A stretch of 63,213 nucleotides of DNA, filler included, from Octopus bimaculoides (lineage: Eukaryota), in the NCBI RefSeq assembly GCF_001194135.2. It is 11 parts of 8 records of this genome, joined end to end, with 100 filler letters (N's around TTAATTAATTAA, not from the genome) between each part and the next. Parts side by side here need not be neighbours in the genome. Positions count along the whole stretch, not along the records: positions 47,259 to 51,519 come from NW_026343915.1; positions 51,620 to 53,004 come from NC_068994.1; positions 53,105 to 58,561 come from NW_026360329.1; positions 58,662 to 61,030 come from NC_069005.1; positions 61,131 to 63,213 come from NC_068986.1; 6 more parts are not named here. The stretch is one strand, 5' to 3'. The notes beneath the pieces were generated by a model. That model had not been told where the DNA came from, did not search any database, and saw only the letters and a program-made list of their open reading frames with translations. Positions within the stretch are counted from its first letter, which is position 1, and every line of letters starts with the position of its first letter. Shown piece after piece: positions 50,763 through 63,213 of the stretch. The translations under genes were made by a program, and so were the position numbers.

Positions 50763-51519
50763 TTGGAAAGGAGGACGATGGTTCTAAGGACTTATTCAAA
50801 GTCCTTGTATACCATTGACCCCTTTCCTAGGCTAGAAATAGAAAAGGAACTGGTGGAGTATATACCGACGATAAAGCATAACGCCAGGGGTTCCAAATAT
50901 GCAACTATATGGTTGTTGTTTGGAACTCCGGAGATGGCGTGTAAGTTCGCCAGTCAGCCCCTGGAGGGGGGAAATCTTCTTCCTCTCCTCTCATTGTGGG
51001 AGAAAATGTAAGCGGGCGTTTGTCTGCGGGTTGCCACCGGGTNNNNNNNNNNAAAATGTAAGCGGGCGTTTGTCTGCGGGTTGCCACCGGGTTTAAAAGA
51101 GACTTGGTTGGCCAAAACCATCCAAAGGGGACTTGGTGGCACCAGAGACACTAAATTGTTAAATNNNNNNNNNNCTTGGTGGCACCAGAGACACTAAATT
51201 GTTAAATGTAAAATTGTTGCCATCCGCTGACTGGGTCGGGACTAAGGCCATATTAACGTTGTGGACCCAGTTAGACGATGACAGTCTGGTTTTTCCAGAT
51301 TATTTGACCATGGCAAGTTCTAGGTATCTTGTGATCCTTGAGGAACAACCTCCCAAGTGTCACGAATGCCTGGAGCCTAGTCATTTGAAGAAGGATTGTC
51401 GCCGAGACACGAAAGTGGCCCAGAAGCAGACACCCATTAAAAAATGTAGTCCTGCTCTGCAGGAAAAAAAATGAGGAGGCAGTAGCCTCAACAGAAAGAG
51501 GAAAGAAGAGAAAGGCGGG
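50763..51519 (+). mobile_element. Tx1/L1-like LINE ORF1 fragment with CCHC zinc knuckle
   Basis: ...KRAFVCGLPPGLKETWL...LEEQPPKCHECLEPSHLKKDCRR (CX2CX4HX4C); broken by small gaps. Confidence 0.75.
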
Positions 51520-51619
51520 NNNNNNNNNNNNNNNNNNNNNNNNNNNNNNNNNNNNNNNNNNNNTTAATTAATTAANNNNNNNNNNNNNNNNNNNNNNNNN
51601 NNNNNNNNNNNNNNNNNNN

Positions 51620-51885
51620 TGTGCTCCCGAGTTCTGTAGGCAACAATCTTGAATGAACCGGCCGCTGGCTAAGACATACTTATAACTCCCATGTCCCTTA
51701 CCCACTCCGATACGACCTACATGTTTAAACAGATGCAATTTCCCATCAAACTGCTTTCCCATGACCATGAACAAGGCGCAGGGACAATCAGTGAAAGCAG
51801 TTGGTTTGAATCTGACAGATCAAGTATTCTCACACGCACAACTGTATGTTGGCTGTCTCCAGGGTCTTTCTATTTGTGCACCTGA
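51620..51885 (+). mobile_element. Helitron PIF1-like helicase C-terminal fragment
   Basis: Frameshifted FKQMQFPIKL..MTMNKAQGQSVKAVGLNLTDQVFSHAQLYVG. Confidence 0.8.
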
Positions 51886-51950
51886 GGAAAGGACAAAGAA
51901 TGTTGTCTACCAAGAGGCACTCTAATGTTGTCTACCAAGAGGCACTCTAA

Positions 51951-52181
51951 AGGCAGTGAGCTGGCAGAAACGTTAGCACGCCGGGCGTAATACTTAGCGG
52001 TATTTCGTCTGTCTTCACGTTCTGAGTTCAAATTCCGCCGAGGTCGACTTTGCCTTTCATCCTTTCGGGGTCGATAAATTAAGTACCAGTTACGCACTGG
52101 GGTCGATGTAATCGACTTAATCCCTTTGTCTGTCCTTGTTTGTCCCCTCTATGTTTAGCCCCTTGTGAGCAATAAAGAAAT
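51951..52181 (+). mobile_element. Young full-length SINE with 14-bp target-site duplication
   Basis: aagaggcactctaa at 51937-51950 and 52182-52195; near-consensus body; tail gtttagccccttgtgagcaataaagaaat. Confidence 0.9.
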
Positions 52182-54747
52182 AAGAGGCACTCTAATGATA
52201 ACAACGGCAACTTCAACTCCTCCAATTTCAACTCCCCAATTTTTTCATCGTCCTGTCAGCCCACGTAAGTCCAGTCTTTGCTCTCCTTACTAACTCACCA
52301 TGACATTCTTTTTTTTCTACTAAGATCCGTCACGCAAGCACCACTTCGTATCTACTTCTTCCTCTTTTTAATGTCTTCGTTTCTCTCTTCGCGTCACTCT
52401 CTGACCGAGTGAAATCGGGCTTAGCTGCTTGTATGTTATTAAAATGACTAAAGGTTAGCACCTGCATCGCTAGAAATAAGAGCCAAGACAAATCTTATCT
52501 ATGAGAATGCACTTATCTTATGACTGACAAGGGAGGCAGGCTCCCTGTAGCATCCAGGGATGCCAGCTCACCTGTGATTTTGCATTTGATTAATGTTCAT
52601 CAGTGGCTCTGACGCAGCTGCCTAGGAATAAGCGAATAAGCTACCTTGCTTTGTCAGTTTATACGAGTTACCATAGAAATCATATGCTGGTTTCATAAAT
52701 GCTAAAAGTGAAAATTATAAATAATAAATGTGGCTTATCCGCAATGTACAACCACAAGACAGGAGTATATACATCACTATATATATATATATATATATAC
52801 ATATACATAAATATCACATAAAAGCACCGACTACACTCTCTGAGTGGTTGGCGTTAGGAAGGGCATCCAGCTGCAGAAACTCTGCCAAATCAGATTGGAG
52901 CCTGGTATAGCCACCTGGTTCACCAATCCTCAGTCAAATCGTCCAACCCATGCTAGCATGGAAGGCGGACGTTAAACGATGATGATGATATATATATATA
53001 TATANNNNNNNNNNNNNNNNNNNNNNNNNNNNNNNNNNNNNNNNNNNNTTAATTAATTAANNNNNNNNNNNNNNNNNNNNNNNNNNNNNNNNNNNNNNNN
53101 NNNNCACACACACACACACACACACGTATTGCATGTGAAATTTATTTATGTGTATGTGTGTTTGTGTGTGTAGATTGATAGAGATCTTCACATAGATATA
53201 TTGCATGTGAAATATATATATGTGTGTGTGTATGTATATATAAACTATATGCAACAGTAAAGATTGGTGAGACTTCCTCTATTGTTTTCTCTGTGTGTGT
53301 GTGTGTGTGTGCCAGATTACGAAACACCTCGACAACTGGCCGACTTACTATGAAAAAAAAACCCCACCCTGTCCTCCAACTCTCGCTTTTGTGGAAGAAG
53401 TAAAAAAAAGGCAACAGGCAATAAAATGATGATGATGATGATGATGATGATATTTACACTGGCTCACACACATATATACACACAGGCACTCACGTTTCTC
53501 TAGATATATATAAAGTGTATATATATATATATATATATGTGTAATGTATATTATTCCCTCCATCTACTAACTGTCGGTTCACAGTGGACTAAACTACATT
53601 TCGTTATGGCCGTGAGTGTTACTAGTTTTATATATGTATATATATGTCTGTCTGTATATATATGTGTCTGTGTATATATATGTGTGTTTATGCTTGTCTG
53701 GTGTATATATGTATGTGTGGTAGCATTAGTGGTTGTAATTGGGTCGGTGGTAATGGTAGCGTTGGTTATATCTATGGTTCTGTAGTAATGTCAGTGGTTC
53801 TTATAAGTTGTGGCTGTGGTGCTAGTTGTATCAACGGTCGTAGTTGTTTTGGCAGTGGTGGTGGGTAGTGGTTGATGTGTTGGTGGTGGTTGTTGTTGTG
53901 GTGGTAGTAGTTGTTGTTGATGTATTGGTGGTGGTAAGGGTTCTGGCTACGGTATTTAGTGATGATAATGATTATGGTATTGGCAGCGGTGTTTGTGGTT
54001 ATTGCGGTAGTGGTGGTTGTAGTAATAGAAATGACAACAGCGGTATTTGTGGCTGCAGTGTCATTATTTAGTTTCCCCGATAGAAACCTGCTCCAGTCAT
54101 GACCATCCTGTTTATTTCATAAGGCTATATCCACCTAGGACTACCCTATCCAACACCGTCCTTCTTTTCTTTAAGTCTGTCATGTGTGAATCGAAAGGAG
54201 TTTAGCTGTTATTTCTAGCATGTATAGTGGCTCGTGTTGCTTTTGTTGTCATAATTGGTCAGCCCGAGGCTATAGTAGAAGACACTTGCCCAAGGTGCCA
54301 TGCAGTGGGACTGAACCCGGTATATGTATATGCAGGAATCTGTATCTGGAGGTGAGATTCCAGATCAGGAATTCTGGGGCTGGGAGAACCAAACCCTTAA
54401 TTTCCCATTACTCCCAAGTCTATTTTTCTAACCCAGAACTGTAGCATCTGTCAGGGTCCTGTCTGTGTCTAATAGATTCCCCAAGGGGTAAAAGGGGATT
54501 CCTATTATTCTTGACAATGTCATGGAGAAGGCAGCTGTTCTGGGAGAAAGATTATCTGGAAACTCCACAATCGAAATATTAGCAGTCATCTCGAAATATT
54601 TGACAAGCCTTCCTCACTTAAGTCCAATGGTGAACAGGTGCTTCATTATTGTGAAGTGGTTATCATATGACAAATTGAGGCAATGATCACGTGTGTGTTT
54701 GTGTATGTATGTATGTATGTGTGTGTGTGTGTGTGTGCACACTTATA

Positions 54748-54905
54748 TACGAAGGAGTGCTGAAAAGTTCCTGGTTTTGAGTAAAAGAAAATACAGGAGG
54801 ATCAGTTAATTAGGATTTTATTCAACATGTTCCCTTCCCAGATTCACACCCTTATTATAGCGGCCCTTCAGTTTTTGCTAAGCCCTGTAATAGAACTTGA
54901 AAGGT
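54748..54905 (+). mobile_element. Mariner-type terminal fragment
   Basis: TA followed by cgaaggagtgctgaaaagttcctgg resembles mariner TIR starts; runs into (TA)n and a gap. Confidence 0.5.
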
Positions 54906-54939
<34 letters not shown>

Positions 54940-56445
54940 NNNNNNNNNNNNNNNNNNNNNNNNNNNNNNNNNNNNNNNNNNNNNNNNNNNNNNNNNNNNN
55001 NNNNNNNNNNNNNNNNNNNNNNNNNNNNNNNNNNNNNNNNNNNNNNNNNNNNNNNNNNNNNNNNNNNNNNNNNNNNNNNNNNNNNNNNNNNNNNNNNNNN
55101 NNNNNNNNNNNNNNNNNNNNNNNNNNNNNNNNNNNNNNNNNNNNNNNNNNNNNNNNNNNNNNNNNNNNNNNNNNNNNNNNNNNNNNNNNNNNNNNNNNNN
55201 NNNNNNNNNNNNNNNNNNNNNNNNNNNNNNNNNNNNNNNNNNNNNNNNNNNNNNNNNNNNNNNNNNNNNNNNNNNNNNNNNNNNNNNNNNNNNNNNNNNN
55301 NNNNNNNNNNNNNNNNNNNNNNNNNNNNNNNNNNNNNNNNNNNNNNNNNNNNNNNNNNNNNNNNNNNNNNNNNNNNNNNNNNNNNNNNNNNNNNNNNNNN
55401 NNNNNNNNNNNNNNNNNNNNNNNNNNNNNNNNNNNNNNNNNNNNNNNNNNNNNNNNNNNNNNNNNNNNNNNNNNNNNNNNNNNNNNNNNNNNNNNNNNNN
55501 NNNNNNNNNNNNNNNNNNNNNNNNNNNNNNNNNNNNNNNNNNNNNNNNNNNNNATATATATATATATATATATATATAGGCGCAAGAGTGGCTGTGTGGT
55601 AAGTAGCTTGCTTACCAACCACATGGAATTAATGTGCAAGTGGCTGAGCACTCCACAGACACATGTATCCTTAATGTAGTTCTCAGGGTTATTTAGCATG
55701 ACACACTATGCTGTTTGTCTCTGAGTCTCAGACAAATGCTGAAGGTTTGTTAGACTTGTGCTAATCACTTTAACCTAAAAAAAAACCCCATGAGTAGCAG
55801 ACAAATAGCTGAATTTTTCAGTTCGTTAACATAATTAAGGAAATTAGCTCGTAACGAATTATATTCTACAACTAATTCATAGTACTTTGAAGAATTTACT
55901 TAATTTAATAATTAGCTGGGAAAATAGTTGCTATTGTTCTAGTTGATATTGTTGAAGTAGTTTCTAGTGTGGTCTTTCAGACACTGATAAAAATACATCA
56001 CGAAAGTTTAGATCCTTGAGGTTTCAAGTTCAATTCCTGCTTGGTTAGATACTTTGTTTCTGCTCTTTGGGTTTAGAAAGTGTAAGTACCAGTTATACGC
56101 TACATTTTTTTTTTTTTTTTTGTGTGAATCGCATCCATTCGTTTTGTTGCCGACGCGACCTCTTTCCCGCTGTAGCTTCGCCAGACTTTGACATCTTATT
56201 TCTCTTATAAATTCTCTGGAAACCAACATACGTGTGCTTGTATATGTATGTATACTCTTTTACTTGTTTCAGTCATTTGACTGCGGCCATGCTGGAGCAC
56301 CGCCTTTAGTCGAACAAATCAATCCCAGAACTTATTCTTTGTGAGCCTAGTACTTATTCTATCGGTCTCTTTTGCTGAACCGCTAAATTACAGGGACATA
56401 AACNNNNNNNNNNTATATATATATATATATATATATATGTATACA

Positions 56446-56706
56446 GTTCTATATTTAAGAGATGAGGAATTATGTACAGTATTTACATTTTACGGATATT
56501 TGTCCTCACCTTGTTTGTTGTCAACACAACGTTTCCATATGCCCATGGGCATATGGTGTAGTGGTTAAGAGCACGGGCTACTGATTCCAAGCAGTGATCT
56601 GAATAGTAATAATAATAATAATAATAATATCATCTAAAATTACTTTAGGAATGAGAACCCAGGTTCGAAATTTCCCCAAGACACCTTATAAAGGCTGGAG
56701 GGTACA
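56446..56706 (+). mobile_element. Second copy of the tRNA-headed, inverted-arm, hammerhead-relic element
   Basis: The left arm is the reverse complement of the family tail and ends aacacaacgtttc. Then a 22-bp palindrome (56535-56556), tRNA head, (AAT)n, and ccaagacac-CTTATAA-aggctgg; truncated by another SINE. Confidence 0.7.
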
Positions 56707-57121
56707 TGGCACCTTGGGCAAGTGTCTTCTACTATAGCCTCAGGACGATCAAAGCCTTATGAGTCGATCTGGTAGACGGAAACTGAAAGAAGCCTGTCAT
56801 ATATGTGTGTCTCTGTTTGTCCACTCACCATCGCTTGACAACCGATGTTGATGTGTTTACGTCCCCGTCGCTTAGCGGTGCAGCAAAAAGAGACCAATAG
56901 AATAAGTACTCGGCTTACAAAGAATAAGTCCCGGGGGTCAATTTCTTCAATTAAAGGCGGTGCTCCAGCATGGCCACAATCAAATGACTGAAACAAATAA
57001 AATAATATATATATATATATATATTCGTGTGTTTCTGTTTATATATACACACACACGTATATATGCATACATTCATATTTTTCTCTTATTCACATATACA
57101 TCTGTATTTTTTATCACATGT

Positions 57122-57161
<40 letters not shown>

Positions 57162-57435
57162 ATACATACACACACACAAAAATGTAAGGGGGTTCCATAA
57201 TATGTTATAAGTTCCTAGCATAAACGAGACCTCTACTTACATGGTGGCAGAACATTTCCCCGCTCAGCTCCCCTGGGGGTGATGTTGACCTCGTGACCTC
57301 CTAACCTATTAATATTTCCGAAATATTGTGTTTCCAAATGCCGCCACCGCCACCACCACCACTACTACTAACCCCTCATTCACTGCTCCCTGACTGTTCT
57401 GTCTATCTTTGTCACATGCATGTAACATATATAGA

Positions 57436-57684
57436 CACACACACACACACACATACATACATACATGTTCTTTTCTGTCATTCACTTATTTCACCCATTC
57501 GATTGCGGTCAAGCTGTAGCACCACTTTGTAGTGTTTAGTTCAAACAAACCAACCCCAGCACATTTTTCTTTTCTTTTTTTTTTTTGCTGGCTGGTACAT
57601 ATTATATCAGTTTCTTTTGCCGAACCACTAAGCTATGAAGGATGTAAACACACTAATATGAGTTATCTAGCAGTGGGTGTCAAA

Positions 57685-57716
<32 letters not shown>

Positions 57717-57947
57717 TACATACATACATGTTCTTTTCTGTCATTCACTTATTTCACCCATTCGATTGCGGTCAAGCTGTAGCACCACTTTGTAGTGTTT
57801 AGTTCAAACAAACCAACCCCAGCACATTTTTCTTTTCTTTTTTTTTTTTGCTGGCTGGTACATATTATATCAGTTTCTTTTGCCGAACCACTAAGCTATG
57901 AAGGATGTAAACACACTAATATGAGTTATCTAGCAGTGGGTGTCAAA

Positions 57948-57979
<32 letters not shown>
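57436..57979. repeat. Perfect 263-bp tandem duplication bounded by (CA)n
   Basis: atgttcttttctg occurs at 57465 and 57728; ORFs 57532 and 57795 begin identically. The unit contains a decayed SINE. Confidence 0.9.
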
Positions 57980-57981
<2 letters not shown>

Positions 57982-58231
57982 AATATACATACATATATAT
58001 ATATATATGGGTGGGTGTATATAGCTAGACAGATGGACAAACGATTTTTTAGGTCAGTTAAAATATGCTTGCAATATATTTTAAAATCTGAAGGCAAATT
58101 CACTGCAGTGACTGTGGAGAACATTGCTGTGAATTTGCTTTTAAAAGTGAAAATATGTCACAAGTATGTTTTAACTCAACTAAAGTTGATTTGTTCCTTA
58201 TCAATGCCTGGCACTGAAGCTGCGATATATA

Positions 58232-58274
<43 letters not shown>

Positions 58275-58420
58275 TATTAAGGTGACTTTTTTTGCAGTTT
58301 ACAACTAAAAGATACAGGGGTAGATGTCACTAAGGTTACTAAGTGTACTAGTCAGTATTGGTACTGCTAGAAATAAGAGTCAGAATAACTCTTAGACACA
58401 AGAAGCACTTTGATGACTGA

Positions 58421-58485
<65 letters not shown>

Positions 58486-58530
58486 GACATACATATACAT
58501 ATATATATACACATATACATATATGTATAT

Positions 58531-58561
<31 letters not shown>

Positions 58562-58722
58562 NNNNNNNNNNNNNNNNNNNNNNNNNNNNNNNNNNNNNNN
58601 NNNNNTTAATTAATTAANNNNNNNNNNNNNNNNNNNNNNNNNNNNNNNNNNNNNNNNNNNNATAGTATAATAAAATTTGATCAGCTATTAGAAATTCTTA
58701 TCAAACGACAATATTAGCTGAA

Positions 58723-58809
<87 letters not shown>

Positions 58810-59030
58810 GACGGGCTTCTTCCAGTTTCTGTTTACCAAATCTACTCACAGGGCGCAGGCGTGGCTGTGTGGTAAGAAGCTTACTTCCCAACTGCATGGT
58901 TCTAGGTTCAGTCCCACTACATGGCACCTTGGGCAAGTGTCTTCTATTATATCTTCGGGCCGACCGACCAAAGCCTTGTGAGTGCATTTCGTAGACAGAA
59001 ACTGAAAGACACTCGTCGGGTATACATACA
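58810..59030. mobile_element. SINE inserted in or beside an oppositely oriented SINE fragment
   Basis: A minus-strand tail acgggcttcttccagtttc... is followed by a plus-strand ggcgcaggcgtggctgtgtggtaagaag head and core. Confidence 0.7.
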
Positions 59031-59130
59031 TACACACACACACACACACGTGTTGTTCATGTAAACTCTGAGTGCACAGATATTTGTGTGTGTGTGTGTG
59101 TGTGTGTGTGTGGACATACACCTAAGTATG

Positions 59131-59205
<75 letters not shown>

Positions 59206-59221
59206 AGATAGAGAGGTAGAT

Positions 59222-59279
<58 letters not shown>

Positions 59280-59522
59280 GTTGTTTATGCGGACCCATAA
59301 GTCTATATATATGTGTGTTCAAGTGCATATATATATATATATATGTATATATGTGTGTATATGCGTATACCTAAGTATGTATACAAATCGGTACAAGGAT
59401 GTTTGTATATGTACTCGTACGTAGAATGTCATGAATTACTTATGTATTCGAAATTTACAGGGAAAATTTTGTATATAATGTTTGTAAAATGTATATAATC
59501 TTAGACAGCGTGTATATATAAT

Positions 59523-59583
<61 letters not shown>

Positions 59584-59924
59584 NNNNNNNNNNNNNNNNN
59601 NNNNNNNNNNNNNNNNNNNNNNNNNNNNNNNNNNNNNNNNNNNNNNNNNNNNNNNNNNNNNNNNNNNNNNNNNNNNNNNNNNNNNNNNNNNNNNNNNNNN
59701 NNNNNNNNNNTACCAGGTTCGCTTCTTTTATGTCTTGTCTTCCTCTCCCTTTTAGCCCCCCCCCTCCCACCACCACCACCTTGCTACTTTCCTATTTCTT
59801 TTGAGTCCCATCCAAATATTAAGTTCCTTCATTTTTTTTTCGGTTACCTTTCGGTTACATCAACATCATCATCATCGTCTTCATCACCATCAGCATCATC
59901 ATTAGCAACAACAACACCCTCTTC

Positions 59925-60300
59925 TTCTTCTTCTTCTTCTGATGATGATGATGATGATGATGATATATGATGATGATCTGTTGTTTTTTCAAACATCGTT
60001 CTCGTTTTTATCTTTTTCTTTCCTTTCTTCTTCTATCTTCTTTACTTTCTTTAATTTCATTCTTTCTCTCTTCCTCAGTCTTTCTTTATTTCGTTCTTGC
60101 TTTCTTTTCTTCCCTCTCTCCCTTTTTCTTCCTTCTTTCTTTCTTTCTTCCTTTCTTTGTTTCTCTCTTTCTTTCTTTCTTTCTTTCTTTCGTCTTCTCT
60201 TTCTCCTCCTCTTCCTTCTTCCTCTTTCTCTTCTTCCTCTCCTGCTTCTTCACCACCACATGCTTTCCTTCTACTTCTCTTATCTTCCTTCTTATCAGAA
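59925..60300 (+). repeat. About 370-bp pyrimidine-rich (TTC/TTTC) low-complexity tract
   Basis: Strongly strand-asymmetric C/T sequence read directly. Confidence 0.85.
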
Positions 60301-60720
60301 TTGTCAGAACGAGAAACAAAAATTTCCTCCCCAGTTTGTTTAAGTTAACGTACCTCCGGTCCTGAGTTCAAATTCCACCGAGGTCAACTTTGTTTTTCAT
60401 CATTCCAGGTACCAATAAAACAAAACACCGGTGAAATTCCGTGGTGGGGGAGAGGCGAAATAATCGACTGCCCTTCGCCCCACCCCACAAAAATGTTCTG
60501 GCTTTGTTCCAATGAATGAAATTTTACTCACTTCACATTTCAGTTTTCCAGGGTGGACCCTGTGATGGAGGGGTGGGGGCATTAACTATAACACCCCACC
60601 CCACCCCCTCACTTTTGTCGTTCCCTTTACAACCTGTCTACGTACTTTCAGTACATATACGTTTTGGGCCTAGTATCACTTCATCATCATCATCATCACC
60701 ATCATCATCATCGTCATCAG

Positions 60721-60767
<47 letters not shown>

Positions 60768-60800
60768 CCACCACTAACAATAACACTGTTATCATTATCT

Positions 60801-60834
<34 letters not shown>

Positions 60835-61130
60835 TGTTGCCTCCATTCACTTCCGCCTCCTCCTCCACCTCCTCTTAATCATCATCATTATCCTCTTTGG
60901 CATCATCAACAACCGCATCTTCGTCATCGGTGTCATCTTCACTATGGTCGTTGTGGTCATCGTAGCTGCTGTCGTCAATCATCGTCTCTATCATCACCAT
61001 CATCATAATCATAATCATCACCTCCACCACNNNNNNNNNNNNNNNNNNNNNNNNNNNNNNNNNNNNNNNNNNNNTTAATTAATTAANNNNNNNNNNNNNN
61101 NNNNNNNNNNNNNNNNNNNNNNNNNNNNNN

Positions 61131-61202
<72 letters not shown>

Positions 61203-61647
61203 TATAATATATATATATCATAAGTATGTATGTGCGCATGTATGTATTTAAGCATGCATGTATGTATGTATGGAATGTACATATGTTTATGGAGACCTCT
61301 CTGTATAGCAGCGGCCCCTGTATCTAAAGACTAACCCTTCCATACATACAAATTTTGGCCCAGTCATTAATCACTTTAATCATATCTGACATATATTAGA
61401 TCATGTGACTCAACTTGCTTGAAATTCTTTATGAGAGATTTACCTCCATTCACAGCAGACTTTTGCTTACTTGCCTTCCAAACGTCTCTTTAGCTATACC
61501 TTCTATAATTCCCTTATGGTGGTCTCACTGTTGATGAAATTAACTGTAAATAATTATGTATATCTATCAATATAGACATGTCTACATACAATATGAGTAT
61601 ATATGAATATTATATATATATACATTATATACACACACACACAGACA

Positions 61648-61707
<60 letters not shown>

Positions 61708-62047
61708 CTTGAAAGATACATACATATATATGTATATATACTTGAAAGATACATACATATATATGTATATATACTTGAATACCTCAAGTTATGTGTGTGT
61801 ATGTATTTATATGTATATCTATATATATGTTCTATGTATACATATGCATACTCACATGTACATATCCATATTTTATATATACATATATATATATAATACA
61901 ATCTATACATCTATTTATCTATCTATCTATCTGTCTGTCTGTCTGCCTGTCTGTCTGCCTGTCTGTCTGCCTAACTGCCTGCCTGTCTGTCTGTCTATCT
62001 CTCTTTCTATGTAGGTATATATCTGTCTATGTATCAGTATTTATATG

Positions 62048-62098
<51 letters not shown>

Positions 62099-62424
62099 AT
62101 ATATAAATATATATATATATATACACAAATACATACACATATATATGCATCTTTATATATATATATACATGTGTGTGTGTGTATGTATGTATTCATACAC
62201 ATGTGTGTGCGTGTGTGTGTGTGTGTGTGCATGTATTACAAGATATAACCAGTTTACATATAACTTTCTCTCAACATACCACCACCTTTTCTTTTGTAAC
62301 ATATGTACGTGTGTGCGCGTGCGACTGTGTGGAGCAAATATGCCAGACAAATCTGAGCTATATATTTTCTACGCATTACTGACAATATCTGTACGTACAC
62401 AAAATATTTGTATGATATATAACT

Positions 62425-62462
<38 letters not shown>

Positions 62463-63213
62463 ACACATACACGCACATAAATATATTAACACATGCATTC
62501 ACAACCACATTCAAAAAAACAAGCACGCATACATACATACATACATACATACATACATACATACACATATATACACATACATACATACATACATACATAC
62601 ATACATACATACAAACATACATACATACTTACATACATACAGTGCAAATATATCAGTAAAGTAAGATTTTTCGCTCCCCAACATGGGCTCCTTTTAATAA
62701 ATTATATTTTGGCAAAGCTATCAGATACATAAGTACATTTGGACTACAGCCGAACCATTTTAGTCACGTGCTTCCGCCATAAACGTCAGAAATGGCCGAC
62801 TGGCCGTAAACCCTGAGTACTAGAACGTATAAGACTCAATAAAGTAGCCATGTCAAATGTAGTTAAAATTTCTCTTTCTCTTCGTTATATCTTACTCTTG
62901 CGTCAAAATCTTTCCATGAACCATCCACTTTGATACATAGCCCTATATGTCTATATTTTTCGGTTTGTCATTCGTTCTCTCTTATTTATCTATTTATCTA
63001 TTTATCTATTTATCTATTTCTCTTCCCCTCCCTCCCCTCTCTCTCTCTCTCTCTTTCGCAAACACATACGATATGATGCATATCCATATCCCTATAGGCT
63101 TTATGTATAGTTATACATATATGCATAAAACATACATATATATTTATATATACATGTATATACGTATGCATACATGCATTTGTGTATGTATATGTATATA
63201 TATATATATATAT

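Noticed and set aside
49287-51230. About 50-bp direct repeats flanking 10-N gaps (49287/49346, 49679/49739, 50619/50679, 50995/51053, 51115/51175; also about 42097/42147)
   Set aside because: Unmerged overlapping contig ends; assembly artefact, not tandem repeats or a CRISPR-like array.
1-63213. CRISPR arrays, rRNA, operons or other prokaryotic systems
   Set aside because: No repeat-spacer structure, rRNA or dense ORFs; the sequence is intron-rich eukaryotic DNA.

Overview
AT-rich, microsatellite- and transposon-dense animal genomic DNA from a fragmented draft assembly. The SINE repertoire looks like octopus/cephalopod, which is my recognition rather than a database result. Ten 100-bp unknown-size gaps carry an artificial TTAATTAATTAA six-frame-stop spacer. 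Host coding content is sparse. (i) Two in-phase + strand exons (25689-25857, 28359-28508) encode the kinase-homology domain of a receptor guanylyl cyclase. (ii) Two in-phase - strand exons (32886-32694, 31845-31564) encode the middle of an SLC22/organic-cation-transporter-like MFS protein. (iii) A probable - strand first coding exon (47804-47510) has a signal peptide and a PAN/apple-like module interrupted by a gap. The cyclase and transporter fragments converge, and neither gene's 3' half is visible; an unknown-size gap lies between them. The rest is decayed mobile DNA: non-LTR elements (HERO-like, RTE, R4/Dong-like, CR1/L2-like, Tx1/L1-like), Penelope-like elements, Helitrons, MULE, Tc1/mariner and many tRNA-derived SINEs. 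The most unusual observations are: a tRNA-headed SINE-like element with inverted arms and a minimal type-I hammerhead ribozyme relic; a SINE 3' tail shared with the Tx1-like LINE; an RT-less internally deleted Tx1; and serial insertions into one target motif. No rRNA, true tRNA gene or CRISPR array is supported. Almost all ORFs in the supplied track are microsatellite, gap or TE artefacts.
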